A stretch of DNA of 64,000 nucleotides from a bacterium (GTDB taxonomy: Bacteria > Patescibacteriota > Minisyncoccia > Phycocordibacterales > UBA5272). A program made the translations under genes and the position numbers. Positions within the stretch are counted from its first letter, which is position 1, and each line of letters begins with the position of its first letter. Under the pieces are notes generated by a model. That model searched no databases. It had not been told where the DNA came from and saw nothing but the letters and a program-made list of their open reading frames with translations. Positions 30,667-39,951 of the stretch are shown in pieces. The DNA lies in contig JAHFNB010000001.1 in assembly GCA_023267595.1 (NCBI GenBank), positions 8,837-72,836 on the forward strand. Direction: 5' to 3'.

Positions 30667-31161
30667 CTATCGTTCCGTTCTTTTTAAAGCAATAATTGTA
30701 TCGTTCCGTAAGTCATAAACAACTGCAAGAGATGGGTACATGATAATATAGTCCCCCTCTTTCACATTTTCAAAAAGAGAGTTCTGTTTCTTGAGATTTT
30801 CCCCATCTTGTACTCGAACAACTGCATCTGGCATAGTTTTTGGTAATTGTGTGTGCTTCCCTACACGTGAGAGTATTTCTGATTGAGAAACAACAACATC
30901 ATCTGCAAATGTTGTACCTATAAATGCATATCCTCCATAAAGTGCAGATCCTGTAATTAAAAACCCGATGAAAATCTTAAAAGTAGAGTGAAATGTTTTT
31001 GAGAGAAGTATGTCGCGAAGAGTTCGTTTACCATAATGCTTAGTGCTTCGTGCTATTTTTGATATAGTTCCACGCTTTGGAGAATGTTTTTTTTGTGTTG
31101 TACGAACAGAAGATTTCATTGTCTTCTCATTATAGGACAAAAAGACAATTATTAAAGACAA
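30667..31161 (-). CDS. hypothetical membrane-anchored protein with basic N-terminus
   Basis: one TM helix (IFIGFLITGSALYGGYAFIG) after Lys/Arg-rich N-terminus. Confidence 0.35.
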   Translation of the reverse strand: MSLIIVFLSYNEKTMKSSVRTTQKKHSPKRGTISKIARSTKHYGKRTLRDILLSKTFHSTFKIFIGFLITGSALYGGYAFIGTTFADDVVVSQSEILSRVGKHTQLPKTMPDAVVRVQDGENLKKQNSLFENVKEGDYIIMYPSLAVVYDLRNDTIIALKRTER

Positions 31162-31193
31162 CTTATAAAGATTCTTGTGGATAACAAGAAAAA

Positions 31194-31823
31194 CTACAAA
31201 AGTATACTTTGAACAACACCAAAAACATATGGCATAAACATCCCATAAAGGACAGATGCAAGGAGTATTGCTGCAATTAAATACAATGGGCTATACACCA
31301 ACTGTGAATTGATATGCAATCTCGGAAAAAGCCCTTGTAATATAGACATTCCATCAAATGGAGGCACTGGAATAAGGTTGAAAAATGCAAGTGATACGTT
31401 CACGATAATAATCGTAAACAATGCTTGCCCAAGAGGAATAGTGAGTAATCCTTGTGAAACAAGTACTTTAAATATAATTCCTGTAATAAGTGCAAGGAAA
31501 ATATTAGTAAGTACTCCTGCTGCTGCTACAAATGCTTCCCCAAACCTACTCCGTATATTGTGTATGTTATATGGAACGGGTTTTGCCCACCCGAAAAATG
31601 TCCCTGCAGTGAAAAACGCAAGTAACGGGACAATCACAGATCCCATCACATCTATATGGGCTAGAGGGTTTAAGGTTAATCTCCCTGCACGATATGCAGT
31701 TTCATCCCCTTGTATATAAGCAGCATACCCATGTGCTACTTCATGCAAAATGATAGAAAATACAACGATTATTATGGGAAATATACCTGAAGATAGTGCT
31801 AAAACATCATTCATATGAAACAT
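31194..31823 (-). CDS. site-2 protease family (peptidase M50) zinc metalloprotease
   Basis: HEVAHGYAA HExxH in TM helix, polytopic membrane protein. Confidence 0.7.
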   Translation of the reverse strand: MFHMNDVLALSSGIFPIIIVVFSIILHEVAHGYAAYIQGDETAYRAGRLTLNPLAHIDVMGSVIVPLLAFFTAGTFFGWAKPVPYNIHNIRSRFGEAFVAAAGVLTNIFLALITGIIFKVLVSQGLLTIPLGQALFTIIIVNVSLAFFNLIPVPPFDGMSILQGLFPRLHINSQLVYSPLYLIAAILLASVLYGMFMPYVFGVVQSILL

Positions 31824-31896
31824 AATACCATGCTTGCCAAAAAACGTTGCGAAACATGCTCTTTTATGATAGGATAGAGCAACTAACTAGAAATAT

Positions 31897-32100
31897 ATGG
31901 CAAATGTCTGTCCACTATGCGAAAAAGGTTCAAAAGTCGTAGGAAAGTATTCTAATCGTGTTCGTGCTACCAAGTTCAACCCTCGTGGTGATCGCCGTGT
32001 ATATCCAAACCTCCAGTGGGCACGTATTCCAAATGGTCCAAGAGTAAAGATTTGTACTTCTTGCATGAAGAAAGGTCTCCATCTCCAAATCAAACTATAA
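31897..32100 (+). CDS. rpmB: 50S ribosomal protein L28
   Basis: MANVCPLCEKG...RATKFNPRG...N; 67 aa. Confidence 0.8.
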   Translation: MANVCPLCEKGSKVVGKYSNRVRATKFNPRGDRRVYPNLQWARIPNGPRVKICTSCMKKGLHLQIKL

Positions 32101-32162
32101 TGTTGAAATTATCCGGAAAAGCATGCCTACGGCATGCTTTTCTTTTTGCAAAATATTCGCAA

Positions 32163-33122
32163 CTATTTCTCTGTCTCTACTTCCATTAATCTCCCATCAG
32201 TTATAAATGAAATAGTCCCATGTGTTATCGTTGAAAGAATTTCTTTGCTATATTTTTGTAATCGTTCTAATGCTTCAGGATTTGGATGCCCATATCTATT
32301 GTCTTTTCCAGCACTTATAACTGCATATTCTGGTTTACTATATTTCAATAACAATTCACCATTAGATGATTTACTTCCGTGATGACCTGCTTTATAGACA
32401 GTAATATTTTTATCTAATCCTGCTATAATTAATTTTCCTTCTTCTGTACTTGGTAAATCCCCCGTCAGTAAAAAAGTGTCGTTTCCAAATTTTATTTCCA
32501 TACTCACTGAAGCATCATTCGTATCATTCTTTTTTCCAATAAACTTTTCTGTATAATTTTTTGGTGGATACAAAATTGTTGCAATCACTCCATCATGAAA
32601 ATCTATCTCATCATTTATTTCTGCAACACGCACATCTGCACTTTCATCTTCAATATGTTTTGTTAGATCTGCAAACACTCCTGTTATACTTTCTGCTTTT
32701 GAAATTACAACTGTATGCACATTATATTTTTCTAGTACTGGGATTAATCCTGTTACATGATCTGCGTCCGGATGTGTCGCGACGATGACATCAATATCGT
32801 TATCAAAATAATTTAATTGCTTCGATAATTTTTCCAATATTTTATTTGTAGGACCACCGTCTACTAGCATTGTGTGTCCGCTTGGTGTTTGTATTAAAAT
32901 TGAATCCCCTTGTCCGATATCTAGAAATGATACGCGTAATTTTTGTGGAGTAAGTAAAATTATTATTTGATACAACATGACACCACCTATGAAAAATAAA
33001 ATACTGATAGCAATTATTTTTCCATAATTACGGAAAAACATTATAATGTTTTCTCTTATTTCGAGAATCCATTCTTTCATAATATACATACTATCATATA
33101 TGATCCTACTACCACCTCTCAC
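32163..33122 (-). CDS. ComEC/Rec2-type metallo-beta-lactamase domain protein (stand-alone, N-terminal TM anchor)
   Basis: FLDIGQGDSILIQ, ATHPDADHVTG, YKAGHHGSK, GHPNPEAL motifs. Confidence 0.75.
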   Translation of the reverse strand: MRGGSRIIYDSMYIMKEWILEIRENIIMFFRNYGKIIAISILFFIGGVMLYQIIILLTPQKLRVSFLDIGQGDSILIQTPSGHTMLVDGGPTNKILEKLSKQLNYFDNDIDVIVATHPDADHVTGLIPVLEKYNVHTVVISKAESITGVFADLTKHIEDESADVRVAEINDEIDFHDGVIATILYPPKNYTEKFIGKKNDTNDASVSMEIKFGNDTFLLTGDLPSTEEGKLIIAGLDKNITVYKAGHHGSKSSNGELLLKYSKPEYAVISAGKDNRYGHPNPEALERLQKYSKEILSTITHGTISFITDGRLMEVETEK

Positions 33123-33145
33123 CTAAAACCTGTAAACTGATCTAC

Positions 33146-33721
33146 ATGGACTTACATACACTCATTTCATCTGGCTCATATGTAGCAATATTTTTACTCA
33201 TGACTACAAACGGTATTGCAAATCTTCCGTCGTCACAATTCCTTTATATTATTTGTGGCTACTTTATTGCAACAGGAAATCTTCTTTTTATTCCAACAAT
33301 TATTGCAGGTGCACTAGGTAACACTCTTGGTAACATCATTACATTTTTACTTGTGAAAAAATATGACAAACCTTTTGCTAGAAAATTATTAATGATGAAC
33401 GAAGAAACATTTACCAAAGTTCATGCTGCACTACACTCAACATTTACACATAAAGGTATGTGGTGGATTTTCTTGGGTAAACTGACACCTTCTGTAAAAG
33501 CATTTATTCCAGTCGTCGCAGGTCTCGCTAGTACTCCAAAAAAACTCACGTATTTTATTTTTCTAATCGCGTCCTTTATCTGGGCGACAGGTATTACATT
33601 CCTCGGGTACAAGTTTGGAGAGCATATCACATTCACTTCTTTTTCAATCATTTCATTAGCAATTGGTAGTATCATCTTATTTGTTATATATAAAAATCTA
33701 AAGAAAAAATTAGACTTCTAA
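33146..33721 (+). CDS. DedA/SNARE-associated (VTT) family membrane protein
   Basis: 191 aa, 4-5 TM, PSSQF... and G-x-G motifs. Confidence 0.55.
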   Translation: MDLHTLISSGSYVAIFLLMTTNGIANLPSSQFLYIICGYFIATGNLLFIPTIIAGALGNTLGNIITFLLVKKYDKPFARKLLMMNEETFTKVHAALHSTFTHKGMWWIFLGKLTPSVKAFIPVVAGLASTPKKLTYFIFLIASFIWATGITFLGYKFGEHITFTSFSIISLAIGSIILFVIYKNLKKKLDF

Positions 33722-35238
33722 TAGGAGATGACATCTGTGAGAACTCCGTCTTCATACGTACTCTTCGTTTCATTTTTTATTTTGTGTACAAAATAAATCA
33801 TAAAGAAAAATAGTGACACATACACTAAACACATTTCTAAAAATGAAATCGTGAGTGTAAATGTTGAGAATGGTAATCTCTCAATTACTTCTGCTACATG
33901 TAACATAAATGAAATTACAAGCATATCTGCGATACCAAATACTGATGAAATCACACCTGATATATACGACATAACTACTACAATACATGATAGTAGCATT
34001 GCGAGTGGTACAAGAGGAAGTACGATAACATTCGCGATAAGTGCATACACTGATACTGTGCCGAATGTATACATAATATATGGAAGTGTCACCACATAAG
34101 CAGATAATGTTGTGATACATAATTCTTTCAAAGCACGCGTTGAAATATTTTTAAATATGTTCCCGATTGGTTCTGCAAAATATACTATCCCTGCAGTTGC
34201 GAGAAATGAAAGATGAAGTGACACATCATGCAGCAATGCATATGGTTCATACATCACAATTAAAAATAGTGAAATAATGAGTGCTTGTTTTGCTACATAT
34301 TGTCGACCAAGTAATGTTGCGAGTAATGTAATAAAAGCCATGAGTGTCGCACGTATCACACTTGCCTCCCCTCCCACCATCATCACAAATAAGATTACAG
34401 AAACACTAGCAAGTGTGATACGAACAAAAAGCGGTAAGAAAATAAACACAAATAATATAAAAGAAATCACTACTGCAATATTGAATCCTGACAAAACGAT
34501 GATGTGTGATAATCCTGCTGTGCGAAATGTTTGAATAAGTTCTTTTGATAATGAAGAGTCACCGAATAACATTCCAGTTGCAAGTGCTGATTCTGGTACA
34601 CTCACATATCTTTCAATACGTAAAATTAAATTTTCTTTCCACCTTCCTAAAATATCTTTCACTGTGTGTGCTTCAATATCTATTATTTCAATTTGTGGAT
34701 AAAATATTTCACTACCAATATTTCTTGTCGCCAAATATGATGCGTAGTCGAAACTCTTTGCACTTCCATGTGATGGTATTACATCCGGCTCCGAAACTTT
34801 CCCTGTTATCTGTAGTGTCTCTCCTATTTTATATTTTGGATACAGTGGTGTACGAAGTTGCACATCAAAAATATTTTCTTCATGAGTGATTGGATGCACA
34901 GTAAATATCTGATATGCATCTTTTGATTCAGGTGAAGAAATGATTGTTGCATCAAATGTGCAAATTTTTTCACACACAAAATTATTCTTTTCTTCTACCA
35001 ACTGCACTCGTATTATTCCAACTACTAATCCAATAGAAAATAATATTGTAACCAGAGGAATTCTGTATTTACCGTCAACTGTAAACTGTTGTCTGTTAAC
35101 TAGCAACAGTGGTGCTTGTATAAATACAAGCACCACTGTTGCTACTGCCACTTCTGTTGCAAACCTTGAAACTTCACCAACTACTATTCCCAAACATATT
35201 CCTACAATCAGAACTAATGTTTTTGAGTGTATATTCAT
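33718..35238 (-). CDS. comEC: ComEC/Rec2 DNA-uptake channel, membrane domain (no MBL domain in this ORF)
   Basis: competence domain GMLFGDSSLSKELIQTFRTAGLSHIIVLSGFNIAVV and many TM helices. Confidence 0.7.
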   Translation of the reverse strand: MNIHSKTLVLIVGICLGIVVGEVSRFATEVAVATVVLVFIQAPLLLVNRQQFTVDGKYRIPLVTILFSIGLVVGIIRVQLVEEKNNFVCEKICTFDATIISSPESKDAYQIFTVHPITHEENIFDVQLRTPLYPKYKIGETLQITGKVSEPDVIPSHGSAKSFDYASYLATRNIGSEIFYPQIEIIDIEAHTVKDILGRWKENLILRIERYVSVPESALATGMLFGDSSLSKELIQTFRTAGLSHIIVLSGFNIAVVISFILFVFIFLPLFVRITLASVSVILFVMMVGGEASVIRATLMAFITLLATLLGRQYVAKQALIISLFLIVMYEPYALLHDVSLHLSFLATAGIVYFAEPIGNIFKNISTRALKELCITTLSAYVVTLPYIMYTFGTVSVYALIANVIVLPLVPLAMLLSCIVVVMSYISGVISSVFGIADMLVISFMLHVAEVIERLPFSTFTLTISFLEMCLVYVSLFFFMIYFVHKIKNETKSTYEDGVLTDVISY

Positions 35239-35263
35239 GCTTCAAGCATCTAGCATCAAACTT

Positions 35264-35827
35264 CTAACTGAGAGTATACTCACTCCTCGGTCCCCTATAT
35301 AGTTGCAAATCGTTCGCATTATCTGCACACATTGTTGCTATCGTATCTGCTCTTTCATTCATTGTTACTCCTACATGTGCTGGTACATATTTCCAACTGA
35401 CTTTCACTCCACCTTTCTGAAGTCGTTCCTCCTCTTTTTTCAAATCTTCCCACAAATCTTGATTCAACACCGGCTTTTTCGTAGATCCTTTCCAACCCTT
35501 TGCTATCCATCCATCTATCCATTCCGTCATTCCCCTTTTCACATACTGACTATCAGTACATACCTCGACAGATTTTAGACCATAGACATTAGACATTAGT
35601 TTTTCTTGTTTAGCATTTATATGTCGCAGTCCTTCAATTGCTCCAGTCAACTCCATGCGATTGTTAGTTGTCATATCTTCTCTACCACCGAGTTCTATAA
35701 CTTCGTCTAGATTATCGTATTTACTGTTGTCTGTTGTCTGTCGTCTGTCGACTAGTATCACTGCACCCCACCCCCCTTTCCCCGGATTTCCTCTACTTGA
35801 CCCATCCGTATACATAGTGATTTTCAT
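35264..35827 (-). CDS. rnhA: ribonuclease HI
   Basis: MYTDGSSRGNPG, ELTGAIEGL, CTDSQYV, ADTIA; ~30-aa insertion. Confidence 0.85.
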   Translation of the reverse strand: MKITMYTDGSSRGNPGKGGWGAVILVDRRQTTDNSKYDNLDEVIELGGREDMTTNNRMELTGAIEGLRHINAKQEKLMSNVYGLKSVEVCTDSQYVKRGMTEWIDGWIAKGWKGSTKKPVLNQDLWEDLKKEEERLQKGGVKVSWKYVPAHVGVTMNERADTIATMCADNANDLQLYRGPRSEYTLS

Positions 35828-35850
35828 ACATTAGAGTATAACAAACTGCC

Positions 35851-38124
35851 TTATAACTTCTTTACTTTCAATAAAATTTCTTCGATATTTTTATTATGCA
35901 CCAAGAAAAAATATAGATTTCCTTTCCCTAATTTTTCCCATATTTTTGCAATTTCTTCTTTATACTGTGTATCTCCACTAGTAATACGGTCTTCTCCTTT
36001 CCACTCAAGAGCAACAATATTATTTTTCTTTGTTACTACAACAAAATCTGGGTAGAATTTATTTTTCTGCCATCCTTGAATATAAAATGGATCTTTCTTT
36101 TCACGATTACGCACCCAGTACTCAATATTAGGTAATGTATCTAAATCAAGTCTTTCAACAAGTTTCTTTTCTTCACTATTCAATTTTTCTATTTTTTTGT
36201 AGTAACTTTTATTAAAGATCTGTGGAATCTCTTGACCAAGACTGATAGTTTCTGGAAATTTTTTTATTGATTTTACTGAAATTTTTTTAGTTTTTATAAG
36301 TCCATAAAATTTTTTCTTTGTATATTTTTCAAGAATTTCAGAAATTTTATTCTCTAACTTTTCGAGAAAAAGGTACCTGTTTATTGATAATTCTGTTAAT
36401 GTTTTCTTATTAATCTTTAATTGATATTCGATTACTTTTTTAATAAACGTAATTTTTTCTTTTCTTTCAAGATAACGAAATCTCAATTTTTTATCAAGCC
36501 ATACGATAAAATCCAATTCTGTAATATTCCTATCTTGATAAATTAGATTAAGTGATTTTTGTGATTCACGAATCCACTCATTCTCATTTTTAATATCAAT
36601 AATTGCACGGCCATCATTATCATAATTAATATCAAATTCGAATTTATAATTTTGCTTAGAAAGTTTAAAATCTTCTTTGATTAGATCCTCAAAAGATAAC
36701 TTCTCTTTTTCATAACTTACCATTGGCACATATAGATCTTTCTCAAATGCGCGACGAACTTCAAATTCTTCTCCTTGATTTTTATTTCTTCCATTAATAA
36801 AATCTGATTTACTATATCCGTTATTTTCAAGCCCAGAAATGATTACTTCTGCAGCCTCATTAAAATTCTTAGCGGACGCAAAAATATAACTTCTGTTTAA
36901 ATTTTCATTTTCTTTTATTTTTGCATAAGGCATTCGTAAGATTCGTCCGATAATCTGTTCTACTGCTATTTTTGATCCCACATTAGCAAGAGAAACTAAT
37001 ACATACGCAAATGAACAATCCCAACCCTCTGCTAGAGCATTGACAGTAATAATATACTTAACCTTACACTTATTCGATAATAAATTAATCCCCTCTAATT
37101 CATTTCTTCCTGAAATTTTAATTACTATTTCTTCTTCTGGAATCTTTGATTTCAATAAATAACTCTTTACAGTATCAACAGTTACATTCTTATTTATCTT
37201 ACTTTCAGATTGTGCTTGAATAAGAGTAATAGGACGTATATATTCTTGTTTATCTTTACGTGCTTCTCTTTCAAGTTCATTTCTTTTTGCTATTCCTCGA
37301 TCGAGAGCATTCTCCCACTGTACAGAACTTTCAAGTACAATGGGGATTTTAACCATATGTTCCTCTTTTAACTCAGAAGCAGAAATATGTACAAGAATAT
37401 TACTTCCAGAACGTGGAGTTGCGGTATATTCAATGATAAAACTTGGGTTTAAATCTTTAATAAAATCTATAGAAAGTTTTGTTTGTGTCTTATGTCCTTC
37501 ATCTATTACCACAAGTGGATTATTTATCCTGATGACATTTGCAAGTGAATTAACAATCGTCCCATTTTCATCTTTTTCTAAAAAATTATTATCTTGTAAA
37601 TTTTCAAAATGACTAAGAAGTTCACCATTTTCTTTATAAACCTTGTACTTTTTCTGAGAAACTTTATCTTGACGAAATGCTTCTAGACTTGCTACTACAA
37701 TACACATATTATTATCAATATCACCTTTACGTATTTTCAATGCTTCTTCATTTGAAAAAATGGTAACTTTATTATCAAAGGCTTGATCTAAAGTTCGTCT
37801 ATGCCCATCATTGCGATCTTTAAATTTCTTCAGTGTTTGTGATTTTATAGCCTCTGAGGGCACAAACCAGAGCACAACTCCGCGTTCCATTTTATTTTTT
37901 AAGACTGTTTTAAATATTTCAGGTAAAGCATGACAACCAACGAGAGTTTTCCCTGCCCCGGTCGGTAACTTTATACATACAAATGGGACATTATCGAAAA
38001 AATCACTTTTATACGGTTGATTTGTAATCCCCATAAAAGAATAGTTATGTCCGACCCTTATAGATTCTTTTAAGAATTTTTGTAACAAGTCTATTGCTTT
38101 TTTTTGATATTTTTTAAGTTCCAT
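35851..38124 (-). CDS. res: type III restriction enzyme Res subunit (SF2 helicase-nuclease)
   Basis: LPTGAGKT motif I, VVIDEGH motif II, SF2 motif VI; immediately downstream of mod. Confidence 0.85.
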   Translation of the reverse strand: MELKKYQKKAIDLLQKFLKESIRVGHNYSFMGITNQPYKSDFFDNVPFVCIKLPTGAGKTLVGCHALPEIFKTVLKNKMERGVVLWFVPSEAIKSQTLKKFKDRNDGHRRTLDQAFDNKVTIFSNEEALKIRKGDIDNNMCIVVASLEAFRQDKVSQKKYKVYKENGELLSHFENLQDNNFLEKDENGTIVNSLANVIRINNPLVVIDEGHKTQTKLSIDFIKDLNPSFIIEYTATPRSGSNILVHISASELKEEHMVKIPIVLESSVQWENALDRGIAKRNELEREARKDKQEYIRPITLIQAQSESKINKNVTVDTVKSYLLKSKIPEEEIVIKISGRNELEGINLLSNKCKVKYIITVNALAEGWDCSFAYVLVSLANVGSKIAVEQIIGRILRMPYAKIKENENLNRSYIFASAKNFNEAAEVIISGLENNGYSKSDFINGRNKNQGEEFEVRRAFEKDLYVPMVSYEKEKLSFEDLIKEDFKLSKQNYKFEFDINYDNDGRAIIDIKNENEWIRESQKSLNLIYQDRNITELDFIVWLDKKLRFRYLERKEKITFIKKVIEYQLKINKKTLTELSINRYLFLEKLENKISEILEKYTKKKFYGLIKTKKISVKSIKKFPETISLGQEIPQIFNKSYYKKIEKLNSEEKKLVERLDLDTLPNIEYWVRNREKKDPFYIQGWQKNKFYPDFVVVTKKNNIVALEWKGEDRITSGDTQYKEEIAKIWEKLGKGNLYFFLVHNKNIEEILLKVKKL

Positions 38125-38126
38125 AA

Positions 38127-39668
38127 TTAATATACTTTTATTTCATACGGAATTTGTTTGAAAATTATCTGGTGAGAAGATAATACTTCTTCCGATATTG
38201 TACAGAAATCTGCATATACAATTTTTGTATTTGTATTTTTCTCTACCTTTTGTAAAAAAGATTTTGTTAACATATTTTTACCTTTTTCTTTAAAAAAGAG
38301 GTAAAAATCATTACCTTGAAAATTTCCAATGAAATTTCCAATGATTTGTTTCTTTTCCAAATTTGTCTGTGTTTCAGTAAAATAAATATATTTTGCCAGA
38401 TCCGTAAAAGATATTTCTTCATCAATTGAACCTTCTGGATTAAAGAGTTTATTACCTAATGTGCAATATTCAAAATTTCCACCTAGTTCTTTTGAAATCT
38501 TACGAATTCGTTCTGAAGTAACTTTTTGTGCTATATCTGGTTCAAGTTCAATTAAAACAAATTGTCTGTTTCCATTATCCTCTTTATTTAATTCTAAAAC
38601 GGCATGCCCTGTAGTCCCAGATCCCGCAAAAGAATCCAGGATAATATCGTTACTTTCTGAGTAAAGGGAAAGTAAATATTTTATAAGTTCTACAGGTTTT
38701 GAGTTCTCAAAAACCCTTCCTTCAAATAAATTTTCTAGGAATTTATTTGCACTTGTTGCAGATCCTTTTCCTTCAATAATAGAAACAGGTACCACCTCTC
38801 TCTCTTCTTTAATAAATATCTTTATAGAAGGAACCGCATCCCCGCTTTTACCCCAATAAATTCTCCCGTCTTTATTCAAAAGATCAAATTCTTCTTTATC
38901 AAAATGCCACTGACGAGTAAAAGATTTACCAGAAGGAGAAACAACAGTATAGAAATTTTTTCCATGCGCTAAAGATTTTTCTGTAGTTTTTGACATATTG
39001 CCCGCTTTATAAGAACCCCTTGGATCATTATCTGGATTACCATAAGTATTTTTAAAGTCTGGAATTGACTTAACTTTATTAAATCTGACTTTTTCTTTAT
39101 TTTTATAACCAACATATATATATTCATGTTCATTTCTGAAACGATGAGTAATTTTCATACGTCCGGCACCCGCATCTCCATCCCCAACTTTTTTCCAAAT
39201 CATTATCTCCCAAGAATCAACACCAAATATTTCTTCCATTAAAAACTTTAAGTCACAATGTTCATTATCATCAATAGAAATAAAAATAACTCCATCTTCA
39301 CGGAGGAGATCACGGAGGAGTTTCAATCTTGGATACATCATACAAAGCCACTTATCATGACGAGTTAAGTCTTCTCCTTCACCTCCGACGACTTTTCCTA
39401 TCCATTGTTTTATTTTTGGAGAATTAACATTATCGTTATATCTCCAATTCTCATTACCAGTATTATAAGGTGGATCAATATAAATACATTTCACTTTTCC
39501 AATATAGTAAGGCATTAGTGCTTTGAGTGCTTCCAAATTATCACCTTCAACTATTAAGTTGTCACTTATACCTAAAGAAAGAGACTTATTCTTTTTAAGT
39601 AATCGAAAAGGTACCTCTTTATCATGATTTATTATTTTTTCTTTTCCTATCCAATTTAAACTAGGCAT
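38127..39668 (-). CDS. mod: type III R-M DNA methyltransferase Mod subunit
   Basis: DPPY (IYIDPPYNTGN) preceding FAGSGTT: beta-class N6A/N4C MTase order typical of Mod. Confidence 0.85.
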   Translation of the reverse strand: MPSLNWIGKEKIINHDKEVPFRLLKKNKSLSLGISDNLIVEGDNLEALKALMPYYIGKVKCIYIDPPYNTGNENWRYNDNVNSPKIKQWIGKVVGGEGEDLTRHDKWLCMMYPRLKLLRDLLREDGVIFISIDDNEHCDLKFLMEEIFGVDSWEIMIWKKVGDGDAGAGRMKITHRFRNEHEYIYVGYKNKEKVRFNKVKSIPDFKNTYGNPDNDPRGSYKAGNMSKTTEKSLAHGKNFYTVVSPSGKSFTRQWHFDKEEFDLLNKDGRIYWGKSGDAVPSIKIFIKEEREVVPVSIIEGKGSATSANKFLENLFEGRVFENSKPVELIKYLLSLYSESNDIILDSFAGSGTTGHAVLELNKEDNGNRQFVLIELEPDIAQKVTSERIRKISKELGGNFEYCTLGNKLFNPEGSIDEEISFTDLAKYIYFTETQTNLEKKQIIGNFIGNFQGNDFYLFFKEKGKNMLTKSFLQKVEKNTNTKIVYADFCTISEEVLSSHQIIFKQIPYEIKVY

Positions 39669-39951
39669 TTATCACTATATTATACTCTATTTAACTTATA
39701 ATTCTTAGAGTGCTAGACTTATAGAAACTCCTGTACATTTCGTGAGGTGATCATGAGTAAACGTAAACCAAAAAAGCAACCTCTCGGCGAAGTCATCCGT
39801 GAGAAAGCAAATCGTTCGCTTGCCATACTTGGTATGTCCTTTGTATGGCGAGGAGGTGGACAATTTTTCAATATACACCCAATCGGAGATCGTCTTTCAC
39901 ACCGAAAACCATAAGAATCACACTGCCCTCCTAATAGAGGGCAGTTTAATT

